Shown one piece after another: positions 1 to 10,597 of a stretch of DNA of 64,000 nt. Each line of letters begins with the position of its first letter. Position 1 is the stretch's first letter. The stretch comes from an uncultured Piscirickettsiaceae bacterium (GTDB lineage Bacteria; Pseudomonadota; Gammaproteobacteria; Thiomicrospirales; Thiomicrospiraceae). A model generated the notes under the pieces. The model was not told the DNA's origin. It was given only the letters and a program-made list of their open reading frames with translations, and did no database searches. The stretch is from the NCBI GenBank assembly GCA_964427185.1, contig CAYRSN010000003.1, positions 307 through 64,306 on the forward strand, written 5' to 3'. A program made the translations under genes and the position numbers.

Positions 1-1
1 G

Positions 2-1036
2 GATGCTACCCAGTTTGCTAGTACCTATGGTGAAAACCAAGTTAAACGAGCCGCACTGGAAGCACAGATTGCCCGTTTACGGGCAGAAGCCAATGGCACA
101 CCTCTGGAGCTGAGTGTGCCTGACAATGCACCCAGGCTGAAAGCGATTTTCAATAATGAGATTGCGCTTTATCACAAACAACAGCAACAGCTGGAGACAG
201 AGCAACACATCCTCAAGGCTCAGATTCAACAAAAAAATCTGGAACTGCAAGATACGCGGGCACAGTTAAAAGAGTTAAAAAAAGGCTATGAACTGATTAG
301 AAAAGAGATTCAGATTAACGAAAAACTGGTACGCCGCGGCTATGCTTCAGAGGTCGATTTGCTCAAATTGAAGCGAGAAGCCAGCCAGATGCGTAGCCAA
401 ATCACAACCCTCGAAAATGCCATTCCCAAACTGGAATCTGAAATCCAAGAAGCACAAGCCAAGTTACGTGCCAGCCAACAGGAGTTCAGCAATAAGGCAC
501 ATGAACAGCTCACACGCGCACTGTCTGAGCTAGCTGCACTTCAACAAACCCAAGCCGCACTGGCAGATCGTGTCAAGCGCACCGCACTTAAAAGTCCCGT
601 CAACGGTATTGTCAAACGGGTGCTGATCAATACTGTCGGCGGAGTAATCAAACCGGGAGACCCGGTGGTTGAAATTGTACCGGAAGATGATGCGCTGATT
701 ATCGAAGCACAGGTTGCCCCTAAAGATATCGGCTTCTTACGCCCTGGGCAAAAAGCGAAAGTCAAATTCACTGCCTACGACTATGCCATCTACGGCGGAC
801 TGGAAGGTATAGTCAAACGCATCAGTGCTGACACCATTACTGATGAAGAGGGAAACAGCTACTACATCGTGCACATTTACACAGATCGAAACTTTTTGGG
901 CAGCCCGGAGCGACCACTTCCCCTGGTGCCCGGCATGATCGCAAAAGTAGATATCATCACCGGAAAACACAGCGTGATGCACTATCTGCTCAAACCCATT
1001 ATCCGCGCTAAAAATTACGCATTAACTGAAGGATGA
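2..1036 (+). CDS. HlyD-family type I secretion membrane-fusion (periplasmic adaptor) protein, C-terminal part; the 5' end lies outside the window
   Basis: The frame is open from nt 2, with no stop before the listed start at 116. A long Q/E/L-rich coiled coil (QQQQLETEQHILKAQIQQKNLELQDTRAQLKEL) is followed by a beta-rich segment (KSPVNGIVKRV, GMIAKVDIITGKHSVMHYLLKPI), as in HlyD/LapC adaptors. The stop overlaps the next start (ATGA). Confidence 0.8.
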   Translation, partial: DATQFASTYGENQVKRAALEAQIARLRAEANGTPLELSVPDNAPRLKAIFNNEIALYHKQQQQLETEQHILKAQIQQKNLELQDTRAQLKELKKGYELIRKEIQINEKLVRRGYASEVDLLKLKREASQMRSQITTLENAIPKLESEIQEAQAKLRASQQEFSNKAHEQLTRALSELAALQQTQAALADRVKRTALKSPVNGIVKRVLINTVGGVIKPGDPVVEIVPEDDALIIEAQVAPKDIGFLRPGQKAKVKFTAYDYAIYGGLEGIVKRISADTITDEEGNSYYIVHIYTDRNFLGSPERPLPLVPGMIAKVDIITGKHSVMHYLLKPIIRAKNYALTEG

Positions 1037-1662
1037 GCATCATGGTATTGTTAGAGCATCTCTCCCAGCCTCAAATCAAAGCATACTGGTACAGTGCTTT
1101 ACAAAGTGCACTACGGCCATGGCAACCTGATGATAAGCCCACAGAAACGCCTTATATTCTGATTATGGATGCTCATGCCGGTGATGCCGAGCTCAGTGCC
1201 TTCAAGCATTTTCCCTGCCTGCAATCGGATCATAACTGCCTACTGATGGTCGTCAGCCCTATGCCCAATGCCGCACAAGGGCTGAGTGCCGTCAGACTCG
1301 GCGCACACGGCTACATGCATGCCTATGCTCACCCACAGCGTATTCAGCAAGCACTGGAAGCTATTGAGAACGGACAGGTTTGGTTAAGCCATGAAGTCAT
1401 TCAAGCTATGAGCCAGCAGCTCGCCTCTACCGTCCAGAGTGATGCCTGGAAAGCGCGACTGACCCAACGAGAAGTTGACATTGTCGAAGCCCTGATGCAA
1501 GGTATGAGCAACCGAGAAATCGCTCAGGCGCTGCATATCAGCGAACCGACTGTAAAAACCCATCTGAAACACATTTTTGAAAAATTCCAGGTCAAAGACA
1601 GGCTGGCACTGGTACTGGCCATAAAAAATGATCATCCAGCCAAGGAGGTGCAACATGGGTAA
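1033..1662 (+). CDS. LuxR/FixJ-family transcription regulator with a receiver-like but degenerate N-domain and a C-terminal LuxR HTH
   Basis: The C-terminus LTQREVDIVEALMQGMSNREIAQALHISEPTVKTHLKHIFEKFQVKDRLALV is a textbook LuxR-type HTH. The N-terminal 130 aa have a receiver-like alternation (ILIMDAHAGD, LLMVVSP, GAHGYM). The gene overlaps both neighbours (ATGA at 1033, 8 nt at 1655-1662). Confidence 0.75.
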   Translation: MSIMVLLEHLSQPQIKAYWYSALQSALRPWQPDDKPTETPYILIMDAHAGDAELSAFKHFPCLQSDHNCLLMVVSPMPNAAQGLSAVRLGAHGYMHAYAHPQRIQQALEAIENGQVWLSHEVIQAMSQQLASTVQSDAWKARLTQREVDIVEALMQGMSNREIAQALHISEPTVKTHLKHIFEKFQVKDRLALVLAIKNDHPAKEVQHG

Positions 1663-2980
1663 ACCCTCCAAACTTCTGGCTATACTTACGCTCTGTCTGA
1701 CATGCAGCTTCAGTGCCACCGCAGAAACATTACAGCATGTGGTTCAGGAAGTGGTTCTCACCAACCCCGAAGTTCGCAAAGAAGTCGCTTTATGGCGTAG
1801 CTACCAGTTTGACATCCGTGAAGGCAAGGCTGCCTTTTTGCCCCGTATTGATCTGACCGCTGGCATTGGCTACGAAGAAGTCAGAAACGGCACCGCCAAC
1901 ACGCTTGGAGACGGCCTGACCAGACGTGAGCTTTCCATCCAGCTGACACAAAACCTATTTAATGGCTGGCAGGATCAAGAAAACCTTAACCGCCTGAAAG
2001 CACGCTCGGATGCCCAAGCCCTGCGGGTACGTGCTGCCCTAAACCAAACACTACTCAATGCCACACAGGCCTACCTGGAAGTATTACGAACCCAGGATCT
2101 AATCAATATCGCAGAGCTGAATGTCAAAACACACAAAAACATTCTGCAACAAATCAAACTGCGCTTCGACAGTGGGCTTAGTGATGAAGTAGAACTCGAT
2201 CAGGCTAAAGCCCGTTTAGCTTTGGCAGAATCTAACTTGATTGCTCAGACTTCCAAGCTGGCAGATGCCCGGGCACGCTATCACCGCATGGTCGGGCATG
2301 AAGCACCGGATACACTCAGCATGCCTAACTTCTCTTCCGGTATACTGCCGCCGGATCTGGAAACTGCGCTTTCCATCGCCCTGTTGGAGCATCCATTGCT
2401 ACGTTCCGCATATGCCGATGTAGCGGAAGCCAAAGCTCAACAGCGCGCCAGCCGGAGTGCCTTTCTCCCCCAAGTAGATGCAGAGTTACGCCGCAGCTGG
2501 AATGAAAACATCAACGGTATTACAGGGCCTAACGAAGATTTGCAGGCCATGCTCCGGCTGCGCTATAACTTGTATCGAGGCGGAGGCGACCAAGCACGCT
2601 CACAGAGCACGACCTCCCTTTATCAACAGGCCATGGAAATTCGCAATAATACCCGTCGCCAGGTGATGGAAAACCTACGCTTTGCATGGAACGCCATGGT
2701 CATGGCACAAAACCAGATGGCTTATCTGGACAAACATATCAAGCTCACGCGTAGAACACTTCTCGGCTACCGCAAACAGTTTGCTCTGGGGCGCCGCTCC
2801 TTGCTGGATATCCTCAACACAGAAAACGAATACAACGCGGCCTTAACCGAAATGAGTAATGCCAGGTTCGACCTGCTGACTGCACACTACCATCTTTTGG
2901 AAGCACTCGGTCGCATTGATACAGCACTGGGTATCCAGTTTAATCTGGCAAAAAACGATAAAGATTATCACCATGAGTGA
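1655..2980 (+). CDS. TolC-family outer-membrane channel (type I secretion outer-membrane component)
   Basis: The signal peptide is MGKPSKLLAILTLCLTCSFSATA. Two repeated alpha-helical/beta halves carry the TolC pattern (LQHVVQEVVLTNPEV, LTAGIGYEE, second half LPQVDAELRRSW). The ATG at 1655 lies 6 nt after a strong AAGGAGG, so I prefer it to the upstream ATG at 1628. Confidence 0.85.
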   Translation: MGKPSKLLAILTLCLTCSFSATAETLQHVVQEVVLTNPEVRKEVALWRSYQFDIREGKAAFLPRIDLTAGIGYEEVRNGTANTLGDGLTRRELSIQLTQNLFNGWQDQENLNRLKARSDAQALRVRAALNQTLLNATQAYLEVLRTQDLINIAELNVKTHKNILQQIKLRFDSGLSDEVELDQAKARLALAESNLIAQTSKLADARARYHRMVGHEAPDTLSMPNFSSGILPPDLETALSIALLEHPLLRSAYADVAEAKAQQRASRSAFLPQVDAELRRSWNENINGITGPNEDLQAMLRLRYNLYRGGGDQARSQSTTSLYQQAMEIRNNTRRQVMENLRFAWNAMVMAQNQMAYLDKHIKLTRRTLLGYRKQFALGRRSLLDILNTENEYNAALTEMSNARFDLLTAHYHLLEALGRIDTALGIQFNLAKNDKDYHHE

Positions 2981-3050
2981 TTGCCATCTTTACAAACCCT
3001 TTGAAGCAACATAATTTGCGCTTTTTCAACGCAAATGCGCTTTTCCAAAA

Positions 3051-3080
3051 AGAGGGGAGACCCTTTTCCTCTTGTGTCTT
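3051..3080 (+). terminator. Weak terminator-like hairpin after the secretion operon
   Basis: AGAGGGG-aga-CCCTTTT forms a 7-bp stem including two G-U pairs, followed by the T-rich tail CCTCTTGTGTCTTTCTT. It sits 70 nt after the TolC stop. Confidence 0.3.
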
Positions 3081-3125
3081 TCTTATAATACCTTTCTTTA
3101 TTAAAAACCGGATCTGACCGTTATC

Positions 3126-5945
3126 ATGCTTGATAAGATCATCCTGCGCGGTGCGCGTACCCATAACCTGAAAAATATCAATCTCGAACTGCCTCGGGAT
3201 AAGCTGATCGTCATCACCGGTCTATCTGGGTCAGGCAAGTCATCCCTCGCCTTTGATACGATTTATGCCGAAGGACAACGGCGTTATGTAGAAAGCCTCT
3301 CTGCCTATGCCCGCCAGTTTCTCTCCGTCATGGATAAACCGGATGTGGATCATATAGAGGGCTTATCACCGGCCATCTCAATTGAACAAAAAGCAACCAG
3401 CCATAATCCGCGCTCTACGGTGGGCACGGTTACTGAAATCTACGACTACCTGCGCCTTTTATTCGCCCGCGCCGGCACCCCCCGATGCCCCAAACATGGC
3501 TGTACGCTCAGTGCACAAACAATCAGCCAAATGGTAGATACTGTGCTCAGCTTGCCTGAGGGCAGCAAAGCGATGTTATTGGCGCCTGTCATTCGTGAAC
3601 GAAAAGGCGCACATCAACAGTTATTACAGGAGTTAAGTGCACAAGGTTATCTACGCGCACGTATTGACGGCGAAATTGTCGAGCTATCCTCTCCGCTCAC
3701 TTTGGATAAAAATAAAAAACACACCATTGAAGTGGTCGTGGATCGCTTCAAGATACGTGCCGAGCTGGCGCAACGCCTGGCCGAATCATTTGAAACCGCA
3801 TTAAGGCTTTCTGGCGGTACTGCTATTGTCGCTCCCATGGAGGCCGAAGCCTTTTCTCCTCGGCTTTTTTCGGATCAGTACAGCTGCCCGCACTGCGGAT
3901 ATGCTATTACAGAGCTGGAGCCTCGCCTTTTTTCTTTTAATAGCCCGCAAGGTGCCTGCCCTCACTGTGATGGTTTGGGACAGCAAGAGCAGTTTGACCC
4001 GGAAAAAATCATTGTCCATCCAGAACTCAGCTTAGCGGGTGGCGCCATCCGCGGCTGGGATCGTCGCCATAAATACTACTACGATATTCTCAAAGCGGTT
4101 GCTGACCATTACGGCTTCGATATGGAAACGCCTTGGGAGCAACTTTCACCAACACACCAGCAGGTGATTTTATACGGCTCCGGAGAAGAAAAGCTCCCCT
4201 TACCTCACGGCCGCTATGCAGATATCAGGCGCTTTGAAGGAGTCATCCCTAATATGACTCGCCGCTATCAGGAAAGCACCAGCAGCTCTTTGCGAGAAGA
4301 GCTGAATAAATACCGTACCACAACTCCTTGCCCCAGCTGCCAGGGAACACGCCTGAATGAGACAGCCAGAAACGTATTTATTGCCGACTGTAATCTACCC
4401 GACTTAACGGCACGCCCTATTGGTGAGCTACTTACCTTTTTCAATACACTGACGCTTCCGGGCACGAAAGGTCAAATCGCTGAACGTATTTTGAAAGAGA
4501 TTCGAGCGCGCCTGCAGTTTCTTGTCAATGTGGGACTGGACTATCTCACCTTAGACCGTACCGCAGACACGCTCTCGGGCGGAGAAGCTCAGCGCATTCG
4601 CCTGGCCAGCCAGATTGGCGCCGGCCTGGTTGGTGTCATGTACGTTTTGGATGAACCTTCCATTGGTTTACATCAGCGGGACAATGACCGATTGATCAGC
4701 ACCCTGACGCACCTGCGCGACTTGGGCAATACGGTGATTGTAGTTGAACATGACGAGGATGCGATTCGTGCTGCCGATCACGTGGTGGATATTGGGCCGG
4801 GCGCCGGCATTCATGGTGGACGGATTATGGCGCAAGGCACACCTCAGGAAGTGGCCGATAATCCCCACTCGCTCACAGGACAGTATCTGAGCGGCAAACG
4901 CCGCATCCCCCTCCCTGAGCAACGTCGTACACCTGAAGATAAGTGGCTACAGATTGAAGGTGCACGCGGTAATAACCTTAAACAGGTCAATCTGAAACTT
5001 CCTGTCGGTTGCTTTATCTGTATTACTGGTGTGTCTGGATCTGGAAAATCCACTCTGATTAACGAAACCCTGTACAAAATTGCAGCCAATAAACTCAACG
5101 GCGCACAATTAACACCAGCACCATATGAGAAGGTTAGCGGTTTAGAGCATTTCGATAAAGTGGTTAATATTGACCAAAGCCCCATCGGACGCACACCACG
5201 CTCCAACCCTGCCACCTACACTGGACTTTTCACCCCGATCAGAGAGTTATTTGCCAATGTGCCGGAAGCCAGAACCCGTGGCTATACCCCGGGACGCTTC
5301 AGCTTTAATGTCAAAGGCGGACGATGTGAAGCCTGTCAGGGTGAAGGGCTGATTAAAGTAGAAATGCATTTTTTGGCAGATATCTACGTCCCCTGCGATG
5401 TATGTCACGGTACGCGCTATAACCGCGAAACCCTGCAAATCCGTTACAAAGGCAAAACCATCGCTGATGTCCTCGATATGACCGTAGAAGATGCTCGCGC
5501 CTTTTTTGATGCGATTCCCGTATTAGCCCGTAAGTTGCAAACTCTGATAGATGTAGGGCTGGGCTACATTACTCTGGGACAAAGCGCCACCACCCTTTCA
5601 GGTGGAGAAGCCCAGCGAATCAAACTGGCGCGCGAACTATCAAAACGCGATACCGGACGCACTCTGTATATTCTGGATGAGCCCACCACAGGACTACACT
5701 TTTATGACATCGAACAACTTTTAAAAGTACTGTTCACCTTACGTGCACGCGGCAATACCATCATTGTCATTGAGCACAACCTTGATGTCATTAAAACTGC
5801 AGACTGGATCATTGATTTAGGGCCTGAAGGGGGTGCAGGTGGCGGACAAATTATTGCCAGCGGTCCACCCGAAAGTATCGTGCAGGCTGAAAACTCCCAC
5901 ACAGGTCGCTATTTACGCGCCTATCTCGATCATGCCAAACACTAA
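3126..5945 (+). CDS. uvrA: Excinuclease ABC subunit A
   Basis: 939 aa. Two ABC ATPase modules are present ([14 protein letters not shown] and [14 protein letters not shown] Walker A; LSGGEAQR signature twice), plus CxxC zinc modules (CPHCGY, CPHCDG, CPSCQG, CEACQG, CDVCHG). Confidence 0.97.
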   Translation: MLDKIILRGARTHNLKNINLELPRDKLIVITGLSGSGKSSLAFDTIYAEGQRRYVESLSAYARQFLSVMDKPDVDHIEGLSPAISIEQKATSHNPRSTVGTVTEIYDYLRLLFARAGTPRCPKHGCTLSAQTISQMVDTVLSLPEGSKAMLLAPVIRERKGAHQQLLQELSAQGYLRARIDGEIVELSSPLTLDKNKKHTIEVVVDRFKIRAELAQRLAESFETALRLSGGTAIVAPMEAEAFSPRLFSDQYSCPHCGYAITELEPRLFSFNSPQGACPHCDGLGQQEQFDPEKIIVHPELSLAGGAIRGWDRRHKYYYDILKAVADHYGFDMETPWEQLSPTHQQVILYGSGEEKLPLPHGRYADIRRFEGVIPNMTRRYQESTSSSLREELNKYRTTTPCPSCQGTRLNETARNVFIADCNLPDLTARPIGELLTFFNTLTLPGTKGQIAERILKEIRARLQFLVNVGLDYLTLDRTADTLSGGEAQRIRLASQIGAGLVGVMYVLDEPSIGLHQRDNDRLISTLTHLRDLGNTVIVVEHDEDAIRAADHVVDIGPGAGIHGGRIMAQGTPQEVADNPHSLTGQYLSGKRRIPLPEQRRTPEDKWLQIEGARGNNLKQVNLKLPVGCFICITGVSGSGKSTLINETLYKIAANKLNGAQLTPAPYEKVSGLEHFDKVVNIDQSPIGRTPRSNPATYTGLFTPIRELFANVPEARTRGYTPGRFSFNVKGGRCEACQGEGLIKVEMHFLADIYVPCDVCHGTRYNRETLQIRYKGKTIADVLDMTVEDARAFFDAIPVLARKLQTLIDVGLGYITLGQSATTLSGGEAQRIKLARELSKRDTGRTLYILDEPTTGLHFYDIEQLLKVLFTLRARGNTIIVIEHNLDVIKTADWIIDLGPEGGAGGGQIIASGPPESIVQAENSHTGRYLRAYLDHAKH

Positions 5946-6147
5946 CCAGCAGCGTTTATTCTGGTTCATCATGGGTTGCCTCCTAAATAAACTGGACACC
6001 TATTTGGTCGTAGAATGGGAATGATAGGAGGTAACCCACAGACAAGAAACTCTTTCGCCTCTGGATAAGCTGTTTCTGTAGATTCTTTACAACCCAAGCT
6101 TAAAGCCTGGTAGGACATTCAAACCGTACGCCCACATATCCAGCGTA

Positions 6148-6888
6148 TTATTCAGCGCCTGCTGCAGCAACCAAGTGCTTAACCACTTCACCTGCCAATA
6201 CCAGCCCAAAAAGCCCCGGCATATAACTGACAGTGCCATTGACTACTCGCCCTCTTGCCTGCTCAATGGTCTCCAACGGCCCGGGCGCACAGGGTGATTC
6301 CGTAGAAAAAACCACTCGAATGCCTTTGCCAACGCCTCGTTTACGTAAACGCTGTCGTAACTGCCGTGCAAGCCCACACCCATGTGTATTCATCAAATCA
6401 TCCACCTTGATTTGCGTTGGATCAAAACGCCGGCCTGCCCCCATACTACTGAAAACGGGCACTTTTGCCTGCCAAGCAGCTTCTAACAAAGCCACCTTAC
6501 AGTTCAAACTATCAATGGCATCCACAACAACATCAAAGCCTTCTTGTATCAAATCCGGCATTTCATCAGGGACAAGAAAGTGTGCACGGGCATCCACCTG
6601 AATTAAAGGATGAATATCCAGCATGCGCTGTTTCATGACCTCAACCTTTAGCTGCCCCAAAGTACTATGCAACGCAACCAACTGGCGGTTTAGATTAGAA
6701 GGCGTAACACGATCATGATCAACCAGCACGACTTCTCCCACACCGACACGCGCCAGTGCTTCTGCTACAAAACCTCCTACACCACCTACGCCTGCAATCA
6801 ACACACGAGCATGCATCAGGCGTGTAAGTTGCTCATTAGAAAAAATCCACCGCGTGCGCTCAAAAAGAGGGGTATCAAGCGTTTCCAT
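6148..6888 (-). CDS. tcdA: tRNA threonylcarbamoyladenosine dehydratase (ThiF/E1-like, TcdA/CsdL type)
   Basis: RVLIAGVGGVGGFVAEALARVGVGEVVLVDHDRVTPSNLNRQL is an E1-like Rossmann motif. The approx 250-aa length and the lack of C-terminal CxxC pairs fit TcdA better than MoeB/ThiF. Overlaps tatD by 14 nt. Confidence 0.7.
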   Translation of the reverse strand: METLDTPLFERTRWIFSNEQLTRLMHARVLIAGVGGVGGFVAEALARVGVGEVVLVDHDRVTPSNLNRQLVALHSTLGQLKVEVMKQRMLDIHPLIQVDARAHFLVPDEMPDLIQEGFDVVVDAIDSLNCKVALLEAAWQAKVPVFSSMGAGRRFDPTQIKVDDLMNTHGCGLARQLRQRLRKRGVGKGIRVVFSTESPCAPGPLETIEQARGRVVNGTVSYMPGLFGLVLAGEVVKHLVAAAGAE

Positions 6889-7633
6889 TCTGCAAAATAC
6901 TCATCGCATTTTTATAAGTGACACTTTTCACTGTTTCCACCGGCTGATGCAATAATGTAGCCACCGCCTTACCGATGCGCTCAATATCTGATTGCTCAAA
7001 AGAATCAGCATCGGGACAACGACCAAAAGGCCCATCAGTCTCAACCACCAAACTCTCAAGCCCCACATACCGTACCAAAGCATGGTAACGCCGCGCATTC
7101 GCCCGGCAAAGCACACCATTGACCCCTATTTTAAAGTTTCCTAAAGGTAAAAGGCGCTCTGCCCAGTGCACACCACCACTGAAACCATGCAAAAAACCTT
7201 TCACACCCGCATATTGCTTCAATAAATGCTCAAACTCAACGAAACAATGGCGCAAATGCAAACTAATCGGCCGCTCAAAACGCTGTGCTAATGCTAAACA
7301 GCCTTCTAAAAAATACAGCTGCATAGAATGTGGCGCTGCCGTTCTGGGATCAAAGTCCAATCCCACTTCTCCAATCGCTAATGCAGGTGTCTTCGATAAG
7401 CGTTGTTCCATCTCTTGCAAGACAGCATGCAAAGCCTGCTTATCACTATAAAGTGCCCATGGATGCAGTCCAATGGCAGCATAACACTGTGACGAAGGAT
7501 GGCTTGATATGAGCTGAATAAGATCTGCCCAATCATCCGGACTAATGGCCACAGCCAGAGCAGCATAGCGTTCAAGATAAGATTCTGGAAAATCGAGACA
7601 AGTCAAATGAATATGTGTATCAAACCACATCAT
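6875..7633 (-). CDS. TatD-family metal-dependent hydrolase
   Basis: The N-terminal WFDTHIHL motif, internal EVGLD and the later HLRH/FHGFSG and ETDGP motifs match the TatD/YjjV amidohydrolase-fold pattern. Confidence 0.8.
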   Translation of the reverse strand: MMWFDTHIHLTCLDFPESYLERYAALAVAISPDDWADLIQLISSHPSSQCYAAIGLHPWALYSDKQALHAVLQEMEQRLSKTPALAIGEVGLDFDPRTAAPHSMQLYFLEGCLALAQRFERPISLHLRHCFVEFEHLLKQYAGVKGFLHGFSGGVHWAERLLPLGNFKIGVNGVLCRANARRYHALVRYVGLESLVVETDGPFGRCPDADSFEQSDIERIGKAVATLLHQPVETVKSVTYKNAMSILQNGNA

Positions 7634-7641
7634 CGTGATAC

Positions 7642-7667
7642 AAAAAAGCCGGCTTTAAGCCGGCTTT
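7642..7667 (-). terminator. Rho-independent terminator ending the alpha operon
   Basis: The minus strand reads AAAGCCGGC-TTAAA-GCCGGCTTTTTTG, a 9-bp stem plus T-run, 8 nt after the rplQ stop. Confidence 0.75.
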
Positions 7668-7674
7668 CTCTAAC

Positions 7675-8085
7675 TTACTCTGCAGTTTGTTCAGCTGTTT
7701 CTTCATCCGCTGGGAGAGGACGATCCACAAGCTCAACATAAGCCATGGGCGCATTATCCCCAGGGCGTGTTCCGCACTTCAGAATACGCAGATAGCCACC
7801 CGGACGGGTTTGATAACGTGGACCCAGCTCTTCAAAAAGCTTGGTTACAATTGCACGCGCACGATGGTTATTTCCCAAGCGCGCAAATGCCAATCGACGA
7901 TTGGCTACCGTATCTTCCTTTGCCAAAGTAATCAGAGGCTCTGCATGACGGCGTAGCTCTTTTGCTTTTGGCAAAGTCGTTTTAATAATTTCATGCTCAA
8001 ATAATGAAGCAGACATGTTACGAAACATTGCCTTACGATGCGCACTGTTCCGATTAAATTTACGACCACTCTTACGATGACGCAT
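7675..8085 (-). CDS. rplQ: 50S ribosomal protein L17
   Basis: Starts [24 protein letters not shown]. It is the last gene of the alpha operon, after rpoA. Confidence 0.97.
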   Translation of the reverse strand: MRHRKSGRKFNRNSAHRKAMFRNMSASLFEHEIIKTTLPKAKELRRHAEPLITLAKEDTVANRRLAFARLGNNHRARAIVTKLFEELGPRYQTRPGGYLRILKCGTRPGDNAPMAYVELVDRPLPADEETAEQTAE

Positions 8086-8102
8086 AGTTAAATTCCTTCC
8101 GA

Positions 8103-9095
8103 TTAAGCAGGCTCTTTGTTAGCGTTTGCCAGACTGGCTGGCGGCCAATTTTCTAATTTCGTACCCAAGCTCAAGCCACGCTGCGCCAGCACATCTTTGA
8201 TTTCTTGCAAAGATTTTTTCCCAAGATTCGGGGTTTTAAGCAGCGCTTGCTCGGTACGCTGAACCAAATCTCCAATATAAAAGATATGTTCTGCTTTTAA
8301 GCAATTCGCAGAACGCACTGTCAACTCCAAATCATCCACAGGCTGCAGATAAATCGGATCAATATTCGGCTCCTCAACCGGTTGCGCCTCTTCTTTCTTC
8401 TGTAGACGCATATCAACAAACGCATTCAACTGGTGACTCAAAATAGTCGCAGCCAGTTTAATTGCATCTTCCGGATCAATAGTGCCGTTTGATTCAACAT
8501 CAATGATCAGCTTATCCAAGTCTGTTCTCTGTTCGACCCGCGCAGACTCAACTTCATAGCTAACTGTCACAATAGGACTAAATGTTGCATCTAAACGCAA
8601 TACGCCAATTTGCGCATCAGCAGCTTGTTCGGCCTGCCGATACCCCACGCCTTTTTCAACCTTAAGGCGCATGTTCAAATTAGCGCCTTCACTCAAATGC
8701 GCAATCACATGATCTGGATTGACAACTTCCACATCATGATCCAACTGAATGTCACCGGCTGTAACAACACCTGGACCAGACTTGGAAAGTGTCAATTCTG
8801 CCGTGTCTTTACTATTGAGTTTGATTGCCACATCCTTCAAATTAAGAAGGATTTCCAATACATCCTCACGCACACCTTCTAGCGAAGAGTACTCATGCAA
8901 GACACCATCAATTTGTACTTCCGTAATTGCAGCTCCCGGCATGGAGGATAAAAGAATACGGCGCAATGCATTCCCCAAAGTGTGACCGTAGCCTCGCTCC
9001 ATTGGCTCCAACACCACTCGACTACGCGTTGGCGTATAGCGTTTAACATCCACAAGATTGGGGGTTAACATTTGCTCTAAAAACTGTTGCATCAA
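8103..9095 (-). CDS. rpoA: DNA-directed RNA polymerase subunit alpha
   Basis: 330 aa. The N-terminal domain carries [15 protein letters not shown]. The C-terminal domain carries [14 protein letters not shown]...IGDLV...[16 protein letters not shown]. Confidence 0.97.
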   Translation of the reverse strand: MMQQFLEQMLTPNLVDVKRYTPTRSRVVLEPMERGYGHTLGNALRRILLSSMPGAAITEVQIDGVLHEYSSLEGVREDVLEILLNLKDVAIKLNSKDTAELTLSKSGPGVVTAGDIQLDHDVEVVNPDHVIAHLSEGANLNMRLKVEKGVGYRQAEQAADAQIGVLRLDATFSPIVTVSYEVESARVEQRTDLDKLIIDVESNGTIDPEDAIKLAATILSHQLNAFVDMRLQKKEEAQPVEEPNIDPIYLQPVDDLELTVRSANCLKAEHIFYIGDLVQRTEQALLKTPNLGKKSLQEIKDVLAQRGLSLGTKLENWPPASLANANKEPA

Positions 9096-9113
9096 ACTGT
9101 CTCCATTTAAGGA

Positions 9114-9734
9114 TTACTTGGAGTAAAGCTCCACAATCAAGTTCTCATGGATGTCAGCAGACAAGTCGGAACGATCTGGCACTTGCTTAAATACACCTTC
9201 AAACTGCTTGGCATCAACCTCAACCCAGTGAGGCAGTCCACGCTGCTGATGAATCTCCATGGCTGTAGCAATACGCTCTTGTTTTTTTGCTTTCTCACGG
9301 ACAGCCACAACATCACCTGGCTTCACCTGATAAGAAGGAACATTTACAGTTTTGCCATTCACACTAATTGCCTTATGGGAAACCAGCTGACGTGCTTCAG
9401 CACGTGTTGCCGCAAATCCCATACGATAAACGACATTATCCAATCGTGTTTCCAACAACTGAAGCAAGTTAACGCCGGTAGAACCTTTTCGACGATCAGC
9501 CTCTTTATAATAACGACGGAACTGCTTTTCCAGCACACCGTAAATGCGGCGTACTTTCTGCTTCTCTCGCAACTGCATACCGTATTCGGTAACACGGCCG
9601 CGACGAGCACCATGCACACCAGGTGGCTGATCAATCTTACACTTTGTTTCCAAAGCGCGAATTCCGCTTTTCAGGAACAAATCTGTTCCTTCGCGACGCA
9701 TCAACTTACATTTTGGACCAATATATCTTGCCAT
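9114..9734 (-). CDS. rpsD: 30S ribosomal protein S4
   Basis: Starts [24 protein letters not shown] and contains the S4 domain [12 protein letters not shown]. Confidence 0.97.
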   Translation of the reverse strand: MARYIGPKCKLMRREGTDLFLKSGIRALETKCKIDQPPGVHGARRGRVTEYGMQLREKQKVRRIYGVLEKQFRRYYKEADRRKGSTGVNLLQLLETRLDNVVYRMGFAATRAEARQLVSHKAISVNGKTVNVPSYQVKPGDVVAVREKAKKQERIATAMEIHQQRGLPHWVEVDAKQFEGVFKQVPDRSDLSADIHENLIVELYSK

Positions 9735-9745
9735 TTCCGTATTCC

Positions 9746-10138
9746 TTACACTCTGCGTTTCTTAGGAGGACGACAACCGTTATGCGGAATAGGAGTCACA
9801 TCCGCAATTGCAGTAATCTTGAAGCCTGCAGAATGTAACCCGCGCACGGCTGACTCTCGACCTGGACCTGGGCCTTTTACTTTAACTTCCAGATTTTTCA
9901 TGCCGTATTCCTTGGCCATTTCGCCCGCTCTTTCAGCAGCAACCTGTGCTGCAAAAGGGGTGCTCTTTCTGGAACCACGGAAGCCACTACCGCCGGCAGT
10001 TGCCCAGCACAAAGTATTTCCAGAACGATCTGTAATGGTCACAATGGTGTTATTAAAAGAAGCATGCACATGTGCAACACCATCAGTCACAACCTGTTTA
10101 ACTTTTTTCTTAGGGGCGTTTTTCTTACCTTTTGCCAT
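9746..10138 (-). CDS. rpsK: 30S ribosomal protein S11
   Basis: Contains [22 protein letters not shown] and [18 protein letters not shown]. Confidence 0.97.
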   Translation of the reverse strand: MAKGKKNAPKKKVKQVVTDGVAHVHASFNNTIVTITDRSGNTLCWATAGGSGFRGSRKSTPFAAQVAAERAGEMAKEYGMKNLEVKVKGPGPGRESAVRGLHSAGFKITAIADVTPIPHNGCRPPKKRRV

Positions 10139-10156
10139 AACTCAACTCACACTCAC

Positions 10157-10513
10157 TTATCTTTTAATAGGCTTGCGTGGACCTTTACGGGTACGCGCAT
10201 TTGTTTTAGTACGCTGACCGCGAACAGGCAAGCTACGACGATGGCGGATACCACGATAGCAGCCCATATCCATCAGCCGCTTAATATTCATAGAAATTTC
10301 ACGGCGCAAATCCCCTTCTACAGGATATTTGCTGATTTCCTCACGAAGCGCTGCCAGCTGAGTTTCATCCAGCTCACGCACTTTTGTAGTGGGATCTAAA
10401 TTAATTGCTTCACAAATCTTTTTAGAACGTGTCGGCCCAATTCCATATATGGCTTGCAGACCAATCACGACATGCTTGTTAAGGGGCAAGTTAACGCCGG
10501 CTATACGAGCCAT
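10157..10513 (-). CDS. rpsM: 30S ribosomal protein S13
   Basis: Starts [26 protein letters not shown] and contains [28 protein letters not shown]. Confidence 0.97.
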   Translation of the reverse strand: MARIAGVNLPLNKHVVIGLQAIYGIGPTRSKKICEAINLDPTTKVRELDETQLAALREEISKYPVEGDLRREISMNIKRLMDMGCYRGIRHRRSLPVRGQRTKTNARTRKGPRKPIKR

Positions 10514-10553
10514 CTTGTCACTCTCCTACTAATAAAACTTTAGGAAACATGCA

Positions 10554-10583
10554 ATTATACTTTAACTAATTGCACTCCACCAA
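10554..10583 (-). promoter_or_regulatory. Putative sigma70 promoter upstream of rpsM (alpha operon)
   Basis: The minus strand reads TTGGTG, an 18-nt spacer, then a perfect TATAAT. The -10 is embedded in an 8-bp inverted repeat, TGCAATTA...TAATTGCA. Hexamer reading only. Confidence 0.3.
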
Positions 10584-10597
10584 CTAAAACAGTATTT

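Noticed and set aside
2981-3125. A search for a LexA (SOS) box upstream of uvrA.
   Set aside because: No CTGT-N8-ACAG-type palindrome is present in the 145-nt upstream region. Only a TATAAT-like hexamer (3083-3088) without a convincing -35 was seen, so I called no operator or promoter.
5973-6037. A 13-bp stem (GGGTTGCCTCCTA / TAGGAGGTAACCC, one G-U pair on the plus strand) enclosing a 39-nt loop in the uvrA/tcdA convergent spacer. It could be an sRNA or a terminator.
   Set aside because: No U-tract follows it, the loop is very large, and I see no promoter. A single such pairing in a 200-nt spacer can arise by chance. It would need RNA-seq or conservation data to be worth calling.
9147-10217. 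A 356-aa plus-strand ORF.
   Set aside because: It lies entirely antisense to rpsD, rpsK and rpsM. Its translation is low-complexity and Cys/Leu/Thr-rich with no motif. Long antisense ORFs are expected opposite highly expressed, codon-biased genes.
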